DNA from: Hydrolagus colliei
Taxonomy: Eukaryota
Length of the DNA stretch: 64,000 bases
NCBI GenBank assembly: GCA_035084275.1
Contig: CM068748.1
Coordinates: 11,966,001 to 12,030,000, forward strand
Direction: 5' to 3'
The notes under the pieces were generated by a model. That model ran no database searches. It was not told where the DNA came from and saw only the letters and a program-made list of their open reading frames with translations. Within the stretch, counting starts at the first letter, position 1. Each line of letters opens with the position of its first letter. Of this stretch, positions 1-12,712 are shown piece after piece. The position numbers were made by a program, and so were the translations under genes.

Positions 1-889
1 CATCTCTCTCATAGTTCAGCTGCTTTGTAGCTACCAGGCAGATGCACGCACTCACAGATCTTCCAATTGGGAAATGTAATCAAACTCACACACATCACAG
101 CAGCAGTCGCAGCGAACACAAGCATTATTATGTCACACTAATTTTATTGCAAGACGCTTGGTTCAAATGTTTCCCCAAGGAAAACAAAATTGTGTTAAAG
201 CACTGTTAAATGTATGATTCTTAAATGAGGTGTCATTGCAGATTCCCTTGTTGAATTTTCAAGAGTCCAAAATTGGATTGAAGCAGTCTTTAAGTGGAGA
301 AAAAAACATTGCAACTGAGTTAATATCCCAGCCACTGATAAATAAGTTTAATGTACAATGCCAAACATGTCCTTTACATATGTGGGCCTAAGAGAAACCT
401 AACACTGGTTGCAAGCCAACACCCCCGCCCCCACATATTTTTCGTAATACCAAAATAAAAAGCTCTCTGTTGAGGACTTTAGAAGGCTATTAAAAAAAAT
501 GTATGAGTGAAGGAGAACAGGTATTAGCAATAGTAATAAGAGAATATTGACTACTAGAGAAGTGGGATGAATCTTGGCAGGAATAGATAGGGGAAGTTTT
601 GAAAAATAATGCGAAGATGAGAAAATATCAATAGAAATAGAGAAGATGAAGAATAATGCGAAAGTATCAAATAAGTTGTTGGTAGATTTTTGGAAGAGAT
701 AATGGTGGAACTGTTCCTGTATTCTACCTAAAGGAGTACCAGTAAAGATTTTTGGAAGAAGTAATAAAAAATACGAATTAACACAAGCAGAGCAAGGGGC
801 AAATTTGGAAAGAAAACCAAATGACTGTACATTGTTCTGTGAAGAATATTGAGTGAATTTAATTAAAAATGTAATAAGAAGAAAGAATT

Positions 890-1228
890 AGCATTTCAGT
901 AGCGCCTTATCATACCAGACAGCTCAAAACACTTCAAAGGAAATCACTGTCAAGTGCTCTGTTTTTGTAGGAAAGCACAGCAGCTATTTGTTCGTACAAG
1001 GTCTCAAAACAGCCATGAGGTGAAATTAGAGGATTGTTGCTAAGGAGAACCTGACTTTTTAAATATTGTCATGGGATCTTGACAGATGCCTGAAAAACAG
1101 ATAGAAAGGAACTGTCCAGAAAGGTGGCCTGTCTGACAATAGACAACTCACCCATTATTGTGCTGGGGTGGATTTCTAGGCTATAAGCTAGAATCTCAAC
1201 CTTATGTCCCAGTGGTGAGAATGCTGTC
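890..1228 (-). mobile_element. Decayed Deu-domain SINE (SacSINE1/AmnSINE1-like)
   Basis: Reverse complement resembles the Deu core (aagatcccatgaca, cacctttctggacag) plus an L2-like tail; matches copies at 26100 and 42685. Confidence 0.6.
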
Positions 1229-1312
1229 AGAATAACAAGGAACATGTTTGTAGGATAAGTGGAGATTCTACTGGAATTAATTATTAAAGGAGTAATGGGA
1301 GTTTCATAAGGA

Positions 1313-1630
1313 GAACAACAACAAAATTACACTTGTACAGCGTCTTTCACGTCAGGAGGGCATCCCAAGGCACTGAACAGTCATTGTTTCAGGCGCGAGC
1401 TGGGGTTGGGGACAGGGAGGGTGGAGGGAAAAGGGGGTTTTGGGGTGATCGATGGGACTGTCAAAGAGGAGGGTTTTGAGGCGGGACTTGAAGGAGGTCA
1501 GGGAAGTGGGCACGGCAGAGAATCTGTGGGATGGAGTTCCAGAGGTTGGAGGCAGACTGGCTGAAGGCTCGCCCACCAATGGTGAGGTGGGAGGGTCGGG
1601 GAACGTGGAGCAGGCCGGAGCCTGCTAACA
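1313..1630 (-). mobile_element. L2-clade LINE 3' fragment
   Basis: (TTG)n tail with ccttgggatg...gtgaaagacgctgtacaagtgtaattttg; encodes the L2 ORF2 end SFKSRLKTLLF. Confidence 0.85.
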
Positions 1631-1699
1631 CTAAAATGAATGCAAAAGTTGACTAATGGACAAAGATGTAAGCAGTAATTCAAACTAGATTAGGAAAGA

Positions 1700-2290
1700 A
1701 TGCAAGAACTCTTGTAATGGGAAGATTATTCTGAGGAATAATTGGAAATATCTTTGATGGTGTGAAAAGCTGATTATGAAGCTGAACAAGATAGCTTACA
1801 GGAGGATTTGGACATACTTGGGAATTGGGCAGATCGATGGCAGATGAAATTCAATGCGGAGAAATGTAAAATACTTCATATGGGACCAAAAAATCCTGGA
1901 AGGGACTATTATTTGTACAGAAGGAAAATGATATGTTTGGAAAATAAAAAGTGCTTGGGGGTGCTGATTGACAACAACAACAAAATTACATTTGTAGAGC
2001 GCCTTTCACATCGGGACAATAAATTGATGCTCTCCCAATAATGCTCTGTGGCAGTGAGTAAAGCAAACCAGATATTGGGATATATCAAAACACAAATAGC
2101 AAGCCGAAACAATGGGGGTAATCCTGCCACAAATTACCAAGAATTGGATTGAATAATAATCATACCAACAAATAGGGAAGATAAGGCTCAGATACAAATG
2201 TTCAAACTAGAAATTATGAAAATGGTTTGGAAAGATTAAAGTGCTCAACATTGAAAAGAATAAATGAGAAGAAGAATCAGTTAGATGAAT
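1700..2290 (+). mobile_element. Decayed CR1 LINE reverse-transcriptase C-terminal fragment
   Basis: LQEDLDILGNWADRWQMKFNAEKCKILHMG signature; interrupted by a short L2 tail at 1975-2014. Confidence 0.85.
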
Positions 2291-3285
2291 ACAGCCAATG
2301 ATGTAACCATGGCAACACTGTTGAGATATTGAGGACGAATTTCCTGTTTCTGAATTTCTTATTCAATGGTAAAAGAACTCCATCGAAAGATTATAAGATC
2401 GGTAATATGTTACCCGGAGCTTTATACATGAACATTTCATAAAACGCAATATTTCTAAATAGCACTCTTTAATATGAAATCTGAGTCACACAATATACAC
2501 CTTCCGCTAACTGGAAATACATCATGTATTTCTGGAGCGGCCTTTGGTGTTAATTCAATTATGGAATCTGTTCAGAAATTATACCTATTTTAAATAGAGG
2601 AAATTGGGCCCCTTTCCAAGTTTTCTTTGTAAGAGTTTTGTAAATTCATTCATCTTCTGCCACAAAAACAAGCATTATTTTTGCATTTGATGGTAATTCA
2701 AGATCTGTGCCACTTTGGTAAAACTGCTTGCTTTGTTTCTGAATGTTGTACCAGCTCCAAAGGTACACAGCCCATTTCAGGTTAAGTGGGAAAACTCATT
2801 GTGATTGTCTATGATGGAAGGAAATCTTACAGGAAAGGGTGGCGTTGCTCAGGCTTTCCTGAAAGGAGCCTTTGTTTTCCAGCTCTTTGAATACTACTGA
2901 CTGCAATGTTGTTGCAGTTCAACAGTCTGGTTTAATTGTTGGGAGTGTGATGTTTACACAAGCATTGTCCATACACCATTTTTATGGAAATACAGTATTT
3001 AATTTCAGGGGATTTAGTAAAGAGTATTTGTTAGGACGGGAATGACATGAATTTTGAATATCCAGTATAACCGAGAGATGTTACAAGCAGGCAGCTATAA
3101 ACAATCATCATTTCAAAAGGACCCTTTCATTCATCTACTTATTCATGATATATAAAAGATTCATCAAATAGGATTTGAATCTCATTGTTTATAAACTATC
3201 CTTTAAGCTTCACCTTAATGGCTCAGTTGTAAAGTGTAATCCTGGTCAATGATGATTTAAACCGGGAAAGCAGTGCAAGGTTAGT

Positions 3286-3408
3286 GTTAGGTTATGGTGA
3301 GAGAGCTGGGCAGTGGGATTGAGTTGCTCTTTTCAAAGAGCCGGCAGAGAATAGATGAGCCGAATGGCCTCCTTTTGTGCCGTAAAATTCTATGATTCTA
3401 TGATTCTA
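3286..3408 (+). mobile_element. CR1 LINE 3' end
   Basis: gatgagccgaatggcctcct...(ATTCTATG)n tail. Confidence 0.88.
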
Positions 3409-4423
3409 ACCACGGGACTCAACATGCGCCCTGCTGAGCAGACCAAGCTGGACAAATGCATATTCATTGTTGAGTCAATGTACGAGCAGAACTTTGCAAC
3501 TCAACTGTGCCTTATGCCACAAATGTAATGGTTTATAGTAAATCATGCTGTAACATTTCAGTCTTACAGTTCTCACAAAACCAACAACAACAACAAAATT
3601 ATATTTGTGTAGCTCCTTTCACTTGGTTTCAGTCAGAAGATTGAAATTGCTATCTCAAACTCCCTGCCTTCTATTGTTAATCTTTGCAATGAACAAGCTA
3701 AGTTTGGGCAGGACCCTTGTATGTGCTTGAGTGTGTCAAAGAGATGGTGATTGCATTGAATCTTGTGGGGTGAATGTCATGTAACTGACACTGTAGGATT
3801 ATAATCTGTTTTCAGGATATAGATTGCTCAGAATTACAGCATCTGTATTATATTTTATATCTTTACTGAATGGACGGTGAGGCTATTTCAGTTCCTCAGT
3901 AACTTGCTTACTCACTGCAGTGGTGATATTTTCAGTATGTATTTCATCTACAGGATCGTTTGACATGTACTGTCAAATGTTTCAAACAGATGAGTCTCCC
4001 TACGATATCTCCCTGCAGTGGAAGCACCTGCTCTCAATTCCTACCTCCCCCTGGTACGCAGGTTGACTATGAGATCCAAATCCCAGCCCCTCTTAACACT
4101 ATGTGAAGTGGTTTCACTACTTATATTTGATTATATTTTATGCTCTTCTCTTCCTTCCTTACTTCCTCTTCTGACTGTGGTACAGTTTTTCTCCGCTATC
4201 TCATATAAATGGCTATACACATTGTGTCCTAGAAAGGGGCAGTCAGCGGAGTGTTTAACTGTAAATTGGGGCGGAGAGGAAATGAATCATCAGAATCAGG
4301 TTTGATGCAGAATGACAAACATTTTGGCGTAAGAGGCCATTCTGCCCACACTTGTTCACAACTGCAGCTATCCATTCTCATCCCATTTCTCTGTTTTTCC
4401 CCTATTGTCATATCTTTGTACTT

Positions 4424-4770
4424 GAGCTCCTGTGGCTTAGTGGTTAGAGCACTTGTCTTGTAAGCTGGGGAGACCAAGCTGGGGAGACCTGTGTTCGAAT
4501 CCAGGCAGGTCAGGGCGAAACCTTGGGCAAATTTCCTTACTCCACACACCTAATAATAATCCGTCCAAAAAAAACACAATAATAAAATTGGTCATTTCAA
4601 TCCACGACTGTGTGTGGGACCCTGCTGTGCCCAATTGGCTGCTGCATTTCCCCACAAATATATACAGTCAATTCACTTTACAGTGTACACTTTACACTTC
4701 TGTGAAGCGCTTTGGGACGTTGATAAGATGTGAAAAGCGCTATACCAAAGGCAAGGATTATTATTATTAT
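4424..4770 (+). mobile_element. Full-length tRNA-derived SINE with L2-like tail
   Basis: A box tggcttagtgg, B box gttcgaatcc, tRNA-Thr-like head, CORE-like ccttgggcaa, tail aagcgctttgggacg...gtgaaaagcgctata and (TAT)n; internal 14-bp tandem duplication. Confidence 0.9.
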
Positions 4771-4861
4771 TGTGTGGTATATTATCGGTTTGTGACATCT
4801 GATCAGTGCAGCTCGATGGGGAAACATTTGCTAATAATTGTGATATGATTTGGTAATTTTT

Positions 4862-5074
4862 CTCATGCGTTTACGTTAATGGGATTGTCAGCCATAACTT
4901 CAGTGTCTGCTCAAATCTCCATTAAAGGGATTGTCTGCCATGGACTCAGGCGGTGATCACACGTCTCTTAAAGGGATTGTCTGCCACGGTCACCAGCTCA
5001 GCGCTCACATGGTTCTGTTAAAGAGGTTGGCTCTCATTCTGTTCACATGTTTGTGTTAAAAGGATTGTCTCGCA
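4862..5074 (+). repeat. Degenerate minisatellite, 5 units of about 38-50 bp
   Basis: Core ttaaagggattgtctgcca (or variant) starts at 4876, 4922, 4968, 5018 and 5056. Confidence 0.8.
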
Positions 5075-5177
5075 AAGCTTTGGGCTTTGTGTTGTGTATT
5101 TCCCCCTCACGTGCTAATTGTTTTCTTTTCATTTTTCTTTCCCATGCTTTCTCCCTGTCTCGTGTGCTGACTGGCAG

Positions 5178-5186
5178 GAGGTGGAG
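5178..5186 (+). CDS. SPOCK2: SPOCK2 9-nt microexon encoding EVE (phase 0-0)
   Basis: ctggcag|GAG GTG GAG|gttagt, preceded by a long pyrimidine tract and a gctaat branch-point candidate. EVE is the tripeptide between WNRFRD and DDYI in testican-2. Confidence 0.88.
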
Positions 5187-5631
5187 GTTAGTGGGAGTTT
5201 TTCTTTGGTATTTGATAATTTTATGAATACTGTATTCTAATGGTGCATGATTCCAGATTTTAAAAAAAATTCTATGCACTTCATAAAAACAACCTCATCT
5301 TGTACAGACCTGCTTCTAAATCCCTTTTGTTCATTTTTGCCCTTGTCTGTTCATCAGCTGTGTGGGAGTGAGTGGTGAAAGCAGTCCATGGTGCCAGTCA
5401 AACCCACACAGTTGATTGATGAAAGTGAACTGACTTCACACTTTTACATAGCTACCTCTCAGTAACTGAAGGGTACTGTATTGGAATCTATTTTTCATTT
5501 TAATTGAAACTATTTTGAGAAATGCTCTGAACTTAAACACAATTGTGGAGGACTACAGTTGAAACCAGTATCAAATCCTTTTGCAGTTAAAGGTAATGAC
5601 AGTACTTAAGTCTTTTTCCACTGTTTGAGTC

Positions 5632-5835
5632 ATAATAATCCTTGCATTTGATTTGATATAGTGCTTTTTAGACGTCTCAAAGTGCTTCACTGAATATACT
5701 GTAAAGTGAATTGACTGTAAATTCATTTTGAGGGTTTATTATCAGGCATCTATAGTAAGGAAAGTTACCCAAGCTTTTGCCCTGCCTGGAATCGAACTTG
5801 CAAGGCAAGTGATCCAACCACTGAGCTACAAGACA
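5632..5835 (-). mobile_element. tRNA-derived SINE, internally deleted copy
   Basis: Reverse complement shows a tagctcagtgg head, cttgggtaactttccttac and the same tail as the 4424 copy. Confidence 0.8.
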
Positions 5836-8800
5836 TGTACCCATATTTATAATGGCAGTAAACATTCAGTTCAGTAGAAATTAAAAAATTGTACATATTC
5901 CCACTTCTTTGTAAATTACCCCTTGTTACTAGGGTAGGTTTAGGATCCAAGTCAAAGATAATAATAATAATCCTTGCATTTGATATAGCACCTATAAGTT
6001 GTATGTAAACCAGCATTACAAAATATTTATTTAAAGTTTAGTGGCGAAACGCATCGCTGTGTATAACAGGAGGCTTAAGGTTTCAGTTTGCAAAACAAAA
6101 GACTGCAGGTTTGAATCCCAGTCAGCGCAAAGTTAGCTGGTAACTTTGGGATGTCCTCTCGATGTGAAAGGCACTATACAAATGTAATTTTGTTGTTGTA
6201 GTAGTGGTAGAGAGCACGCATAGTCAGAGGAACGACTAGTTATGTAAGTAAGATTTAGAAGAGGAATACATTTACTGAACAGAGGTCACTAGATCACAGA
6301 TTAGAGGTGACTGAGGTGAGTCCAGGAATGCTGCTGGAGTTGAGATGTTGCTCACACAAGGCAAATCTCCACAGGCAAAGTCCCTGATCAAAGGCTAACA
6401 GCACCTCCTCCATCTGCTCCCATCCCAGCAGAGTGAAAATTGGAAGGAAAATCACATTCAGCTACACCTCTTACAGCTACACCTCTTACAGAGTTTAAAC
6501 TAATGCTGCAGGAAGGCGTACAAAATGTAATTCATAGGGTAAATTCATTGGGTTGAGCATTTCTTACGTAAACACAAGAGTTATGTTTACCAGCGTTTTA
6601 AGCAAATTTGGAGCAAATATTAGAACTGGCCTTTCTCAATGCAGTCCCTTCCTATCCTGATTTTCAGAGCGTTCCAGTGGACAGTGCACTCGGACTGTCA
6701 AACAGCCTATTGAGCCTGAGCCACACATTACCCACCTCCTGGCAGGGACTCAGTGGCAAATTAACTGAGGCTACATCCTGCTGGTGAACTTCACCACCGT
6801 ACCTGCCCTGGTTACCAGTGGCAGTCACAGCGCTCATTCCAGGTAGCTAAACAGGTGGCACTGCTAGCGGTGAGATCAATGGCATTATGTGGCATCCTCA
6901 TTGATGTCACAAGCTGGAATTGACATAAAAGCAAAATTTGTCCTATTGCAATATATATGCAACTGATTCACAAACAGGACAAACCTAAAATGCTAATTAT
7001 TCCAATTATTAATAGTTCCTGTTGACATCTTGATGCCATGGTTTACAGATCAACTTCCTAAGGAAGGCTGTACTGTATCTGATCTGGGGCTCGGAGGTCA
7101 GAGTAGCTTTTACAATTAGCTTCATGTTAATGATGTGCCAAGAGCTGCATCAAAATTAAAGGATGACAGAGGGTGGCGATAAGCATGTTTGGATAGGCAT
7201 TGCTAAAATAAACACCCTGACTTGGTAGGGGGAAATGTTACAGATTTTCAGAAGAGATGAATGGTGAGATGTGTTTGAACTCATAAATGGGGTATTATTC
7301 AGGGGAGTTTTTCCCGGGGTATTTCTTCAAGGCATTAATCAGGAGTGCACACAATTCACGATTGATGATATTATCAGATCCGCCCGATTGAATTACCTCC
7401 TTGTACTTCACTGTTGGCCATCAATTAGTCTCTCTGTGGTGTTCATGGCTTCTCCAAGCACAAGCACACTGATCAATAAACACACTTTTCAGATGAGCTG
7501 CTTTTAGCCCGGGGGTCCATTAAGGAAAAAGAACGACACTAAGCCAATTACGGCACTAAATTTCCCAGGAGCAGACTCCACAATAACAAAAGCAGTATAA
7601 TATCGACCACACTTATCTCTTAATACCAAACTACACCAATTATCTTGCCTAATGGCAGACTATATTTTTCTAGAAATATGAATTGCTCCTACACTTTGCA
7701 TATTCGTGAACCACTGCTCTCTTTAAAAATCTCTTTACTGCACTAACTTGTGCCAGTTAATTTGGAAATATACATTTACTGTTATACTTTGCTTTGCCCC
7801 AGAAGCAAAAGGCCACTTCTATCACATTAAGACGGCCCTTTGGCATACTTTATCAGTCAGTACATTTCCCATTATTACCCTGTGGAACCTCTTAGAACTA
7901 TTGTTCCCATTACTAAACAGTAACACAAGTTAGCTGGCCTATCAGGAGGTCATTTGTGGTGCAATGCAGCTACACTTAATGCACATTTCTGGCTAAATTT
8001 AGTGACCTTGGGATTGTCCTGCTGGGTAGCCATTGCTGCGATAAACACAACAGAAAGAAGAATAAGGCTCTTCTTTTTAAAGAAGTACAATTGATGGGAT
8101 CAAATACAGAAAATGCTGGAAATGGACACAAAAGGTTGATCGGCATCTGAAAGAGAAAGCTGTGCAAATATTTTGGGTGTGACCCTTCATGAGAACTAAC
8201 TTTCAGACTCTGATGAGGTGCTGCGCATTGCTTGCCTTCATTAGTATTTTCCGCCAGTAAAATAACTGAAGATAGCATCTGTGAGAATAGTTAAGTGGGA
8301 GCAATAAATCCCTCAACTCACATCCTTGTGCTGTCATAGTCAATATAAGTATCATTTTATATGCAGTATTCATGCCAGTTAGCACTTAAATTAAGAAAAC
8401 AAACAGATAAAAATTAGATTGAATCAGTTATCTGCAGCAGAATGGTCGGGAGCTTCACATCACTGCAGAGTGTGGGAATGAAGGAGATTTATGAATATCT
8501 GCTAGAGGAAACTAATTTTACATAAAAAGAATTGTAAAAGATAAATTCTCTTTATTATGTGATTAGAATGTGGTTACACAGGATCTCAGGGAGTAAACAA
8601 TCTTATCTCATGGCTCAACAGAAGCAGAGACAGGATTCTGGAACCTGAGCTCTGCAATCAAACCAGCCTATTGGATCTACCTCACCCATTTCACAAAGAG
8701 TAGACCTTGAAGCAGAAACCATGATTAGGGAGATAGACGGAGGCACAATAAATAGCACAAGCAGCAAACCAATTACGGGATAAATACTGTAAGGGAATGG

Positions 8801-9556
8801 GAATCCATTTTGCTGACAGGATCAAACCAGTAATGAAAATGCAACTGAGCTCAAGTAGATACTTCACCTAAGGCTATGCGTCCCATGTGTACACACCTCT
8901 AACAGAATTAGATTGGCTGCAGATATGCATGGGATACAGGCTTATAACCCTAGAGGGCACTCGTGATTACTCATTGTTGTGGGTGGGGACACACAAATTG
9001 TAGTTATAGACAGATATGTAAAAAGAATAATAAATTGGAAATGAATTAGTGTGTTTCCTGCCCTCATCTACTCTGCTAACATGTAAAGTAAAACATTATT
9101 GGACCAAGCCATACATTCAATCCTTCAAAGGACAATTGACAATTCATTTGGGCACACTAAATATAGAAAATACAATACTTGGCTTTTATATATCATATTT
9201 GTTAAACATTAGCCTCCAAAAACTCTTAGTGAATGACAACCCCTTATTTAAATCCAATATTTGAGTCTTGAGATTGGGACAAGATGGTTATCAATGAACA
9301 CTTTGTTCTAGAATTCTAGATTTGACAGTGGCTGGAGTAATAAACACTGTCAAGAGAATACAACCCCGAAAACATGCTTAATTCTCAGATCACTCACACA
9401 GCCCTTTTGTTCAGTAGGCACTATAAATTAGCCTTTGTGTCATGGATTTCCTGTTCACAGAGAACTCTTCTGAACTAGGCAGAAATTACAACTGTACCCT
9501 TGTTCTGTTCACTTTCACTTAGCCTAGATTGAAATTGTGATTGCTTATATTTACCG

Positions 9557-9579
9557 TATATATATATATGTATATACAG

Positions 9580-9611
<32 letters not shown>

Positions 9612-9612
9612 T
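9557..9612. repeat. (TA)n(GA)n microsatellite
   Basis: Seen directly. Confidence 0.9.
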
Positions 9613-9993
9613 AGAAGCAAACACACACATACAGTCCAGCCAATGATTGTTGATATAGACAATTGTTATTAGCTCACCTCTAAACTTTTACATTTATAGA
9701 GCACCTTTCACGTTGGGATAACGCCCCAAAGACGTCCATGCTACACTTTTGGGTGACAGTTACCTCATATTGACCTCTCTCAGCGCTAAACTGTATTTCT
9801 AACAGCCTTAAAAGATTGTTCCTTTAGGAAAAGTAATGTATAGCAAGGAGCAACAGTCTCTTCATGATGTCGATAATCACCTTGTAATTTGCATGGGGGA
9901 AAATGTTGTGCTCCATTGCAAATCTGTCTGAAGAATATACAAGTTTCAGTTGTCAGTGCAACTGAATATATTTTATTGGTAATGTTGTAACAT

Positions 9994-10530
9994 TAGCTGG
10001 AGTACTGTATCCAATTCTGGTCACCACACTATAGAAAGGATGTTAAGGCATTGGAAAGGGTGCAAAGAAGGTTTACTAGAATGGTACCAGGATTGAGGGA
10101 CTTCAGTTATGAGGAAAGGCTAGATAGGCTAGGTTTATTCTCTTTAGAACAGAGAAGGTTGAGAGGCTCATAAAATCATGAGGGGATTCCGACAGGGTGA
10201 ATAAGGAAAAACTGTTTCCACTGGTGGGCGAATCTGTAACTCGTGGTCACAGATTTAAAATCGTTTCAAAACGAAGCAGAGGGGAGCTCAGGAGAAATTG
10301 TTTCACTCAGCGGGTTGTTCAAATCTGGAATGCATTACCTGAAAAGGTGGTGGAGGCCGATTCGATGACAGCTTTTAAAAAAGAATTAGATCTTTATTTA
10401 GGGAGAACAGGTCTGTTAGGTTATGGGGAGAGAGCTGAGCAGTGCGATTGAGTTGCTCTTTTCAAAGAACTGGCACAGACTAGATGGGCCGAATGGCTTC
10501 CTTTTGTCCCGTAAAATTCTATGATTCTAT
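9994..10530 (+). mobile_element. CR1 LINE 3' fragment (ORF2 C-terminus and 3'UTR)
   Basis: [29 protein letters not shown]...TRGHRFK...FTQRVVQIWNALP; (ATTCTATG)n tail. Confidence 0.93.
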
Positions 10531-10599
10531 GTCGAGGTGACATTTATGGTTTAATCTGATCTGCCTCTAAATCTAACACAACACTTCACAGTAACATGG

Positions 10600-10925
10600 A
10601 ATCCCTCGCCTCACAAGTGACCCGTGTTTGATTCCCAGGCGAAGCAAGTTTCCTTACTCCAAATGCCTCTAGTTACCCATCATTAAGTAGAAACCCAGGT
10701 GTTAGTCGATTGGCAGATTGCTTTCTGGAGGTAATAATCCCTCCCAAATGAAATAAAAAATGATTTACTCAATCCATGACTGTGTGTGGGCCAAGGCTCT
10801 GTCCAAATGGTTGTCACATTTTGCTCAGAAAATACAGTCAATCCACTTTACAGCATATTCTGTGAAGCACTTTGATGCGGCTGAGACAGCTCAATAATGT
10901 GATAGGACATTATAGTAATGCAAGC
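10600..10925 (+). mobile_element. tRNA-derived SINE, longer variant
   Basis: ctcgcctcacaagtga head remnant, caagtttccttactcc, shared tail. Its extra middle segment also occurs in the minus copy at 20405-20680. Confidence 0.75.
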
Positions 10926-11146
10926 TTTGTTTACAACATCATGTACTCAAAAAATATCATAACAAGGGTGGGAAGTGCTAATTAGAGCCCCCCGAATGAT
11001 CCGTGTGGTCAGATTGAGGTTGACAGTTATCAGTGTCCCTGAGATGGAATAGAAAGAATGAGACCTGGTTCCTGATTCTAATTTATCTCAACTAACCTCT
11101 GGTGGAAAGTAAATGTGTGACCCTCATAGGCTAAGCTTGCATATAA

Positions 11147-11298
11147 AAAATTGGATAGGTACTTGAAAAAGAAAATACTGCAAGGATATGGGGAAAGAGC
11201 GGGCGAATGGGACTGATTGGGTAGCTCTTCCAAAGATCTGGCATTGACACTATGATCCAAATGGCGTCCTTCTATGCTGTTATATTCTATGATTCTAT
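11147..11298 (+). mobile_element. CR1 LINE 3' end
   Basis: ggatatggggaaagagcggg...aatggcgtccttct and (ATTCTATG)n tail. Confidence 0.85.
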
Positions 11299-11629
11299 AA
11301 TAGATTTCAATTGAGTGCAGCTTAATTTTATACACAGAAGACACTCGCTGTTTACAATGCAAAATAACATATGTACTGTGAGGGCAAACTATTTCAGTCA
11401 CAGTGAGACACTGCTTGTATTTCTATAAAGGGAAGGTGACAATCCTCTGCCCTCTTCAAATCAGTGCTGCTTTAGATTACATTGTTGTGATAAAATTGAG
11501 AAGGCAAAAACACTGTTTAAAACAAAGCAGTGTTTTCAGGAGTGAATGTAAAATACGTTTGTGTGCATATGTTTCTTGTGTTTGTAATATTCTTCTCAGT
11601 TCTTAGATCATCCTTATTCTCTTGTGCAG

Positions 11630-11675
11630 GATGATTACATCCGAAGCTGGGATCAGAAGCAGTCTTTTGATGAAG
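11630..11675 (+). CDS. SPOCK2: SPOCK2 exon, DDYIRSWDQKQSFDE(G), 46 nt
   Basis: tgtgcag|GATGATTACATC...GATGAAG|gtgagt. Resembles human DDYIKSWEDNQQGDE; the phase-1 end fits the next exon. Confidence 0.92.
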
Positions 11676-12563
11676 GTGAGTTGTCCTTTTACTGGAAATA
11701 CTGAGCACGTATTGACTAATTTGATGCACTGTTTTGAGACCAAGGACACATCAGAGTTTCAAGATCACCCTCAACTTCAGTTCTTGAAAAATGTTCCATC
11801 AGGAGTTGAACAATGTCCTCTGGCCTCTGGGATTTGGCTTCAGTTCCAGCTGAAGGCAAACGTTACAAAATTGTCCTGATTTAAACAATCCAACACGGCA
11901 GCAGCAAAGGATGGCAGGAGGAGAAATGGAGCTGTTGTCTATGTGTAACCTATTCTTGGAATGGGTTGAGTTTATTATAAAAGGTCACAGCTTGAAGGGA
12001 ACTGCTAACACTGTTACCCCACCACAATCGTAAGGCTCATATTGCAGTTAAAATGTACAATATGGACTGCCTGACACACTAAATCTAAATAAGTAATGAA
12101 TGTGGGGGGACTATCACGTGCAGCAGTATTACCAGGTTAAGCAGTTGCATGCTATTGTAGGCCATTCCCTATTTGTCTTCTTGGGAATGAAAATCTATTT
12201 TTTTTCCTCCCTTTTCTTCAACCTTCAGTGCTGTGGATCAGAACCGCCTGATAGAGCACACAGATCGGGTATCCCCATTACCAGTATGAAATATTATTCA
12301 CTAGTAGGTGATTGAGAATGACAGGATGCCACTGGCATTCATGCCTGAGCATACCCTGCTACCATGTTCCCTCCCTTTTGGGAAGTACTTTCTCTCTGCT
12401 TATCTTGCATACGCTGTCTGCAATTCTAGACTCTTACCATTACCCCACACATATAGTACTTTGGATTTGCAAAATACTCTGCCTTTACACCACCCAGCAC
12501 AGGTTAGTTGAACCCTTTGGGTTTATGCCTCCAGTCGGATGATTCAAAAACAATTTTCATTTA

Positions 12564-12712
12564 ACACAAACAGAAGTTGCTGGGAATACTCAGCAGGTCA
12601 GGCAGCATCCATGGAGAAAGGAAAGTGAGTCAACGTTTTGGGTTCACGACCCTTCGTCAGAATTGGTCTTTGTTTCAGATTTCCAGCATCTGTAGTATTT
12701 TGTGTTTTGACT
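12564..12712 (-). mobile_element. Short foldback element, probably Penelope-like-derived, with decayed hammerhead core
   Basis: Inverted termini (acacaaa...tgctggRaat), flanking 11-bp direct repeat attttcattta, minus strand CTGACGAagggtcgtgaacccAAAACgtt. A related decayed copy lies at about 8100-8195. Confidence 0.65.

Noticed and set aside
4862-5074. CRISPR array
   Set aside because: Vertebrate intron, no cas genes, repeats degenerate and spacers partly similar to each other; better described as a minisatellite.
8209-8245. Plus-strand hammerhead at ctgatgaggtgc
   Set aside because: No GAAA after the putative stem II.
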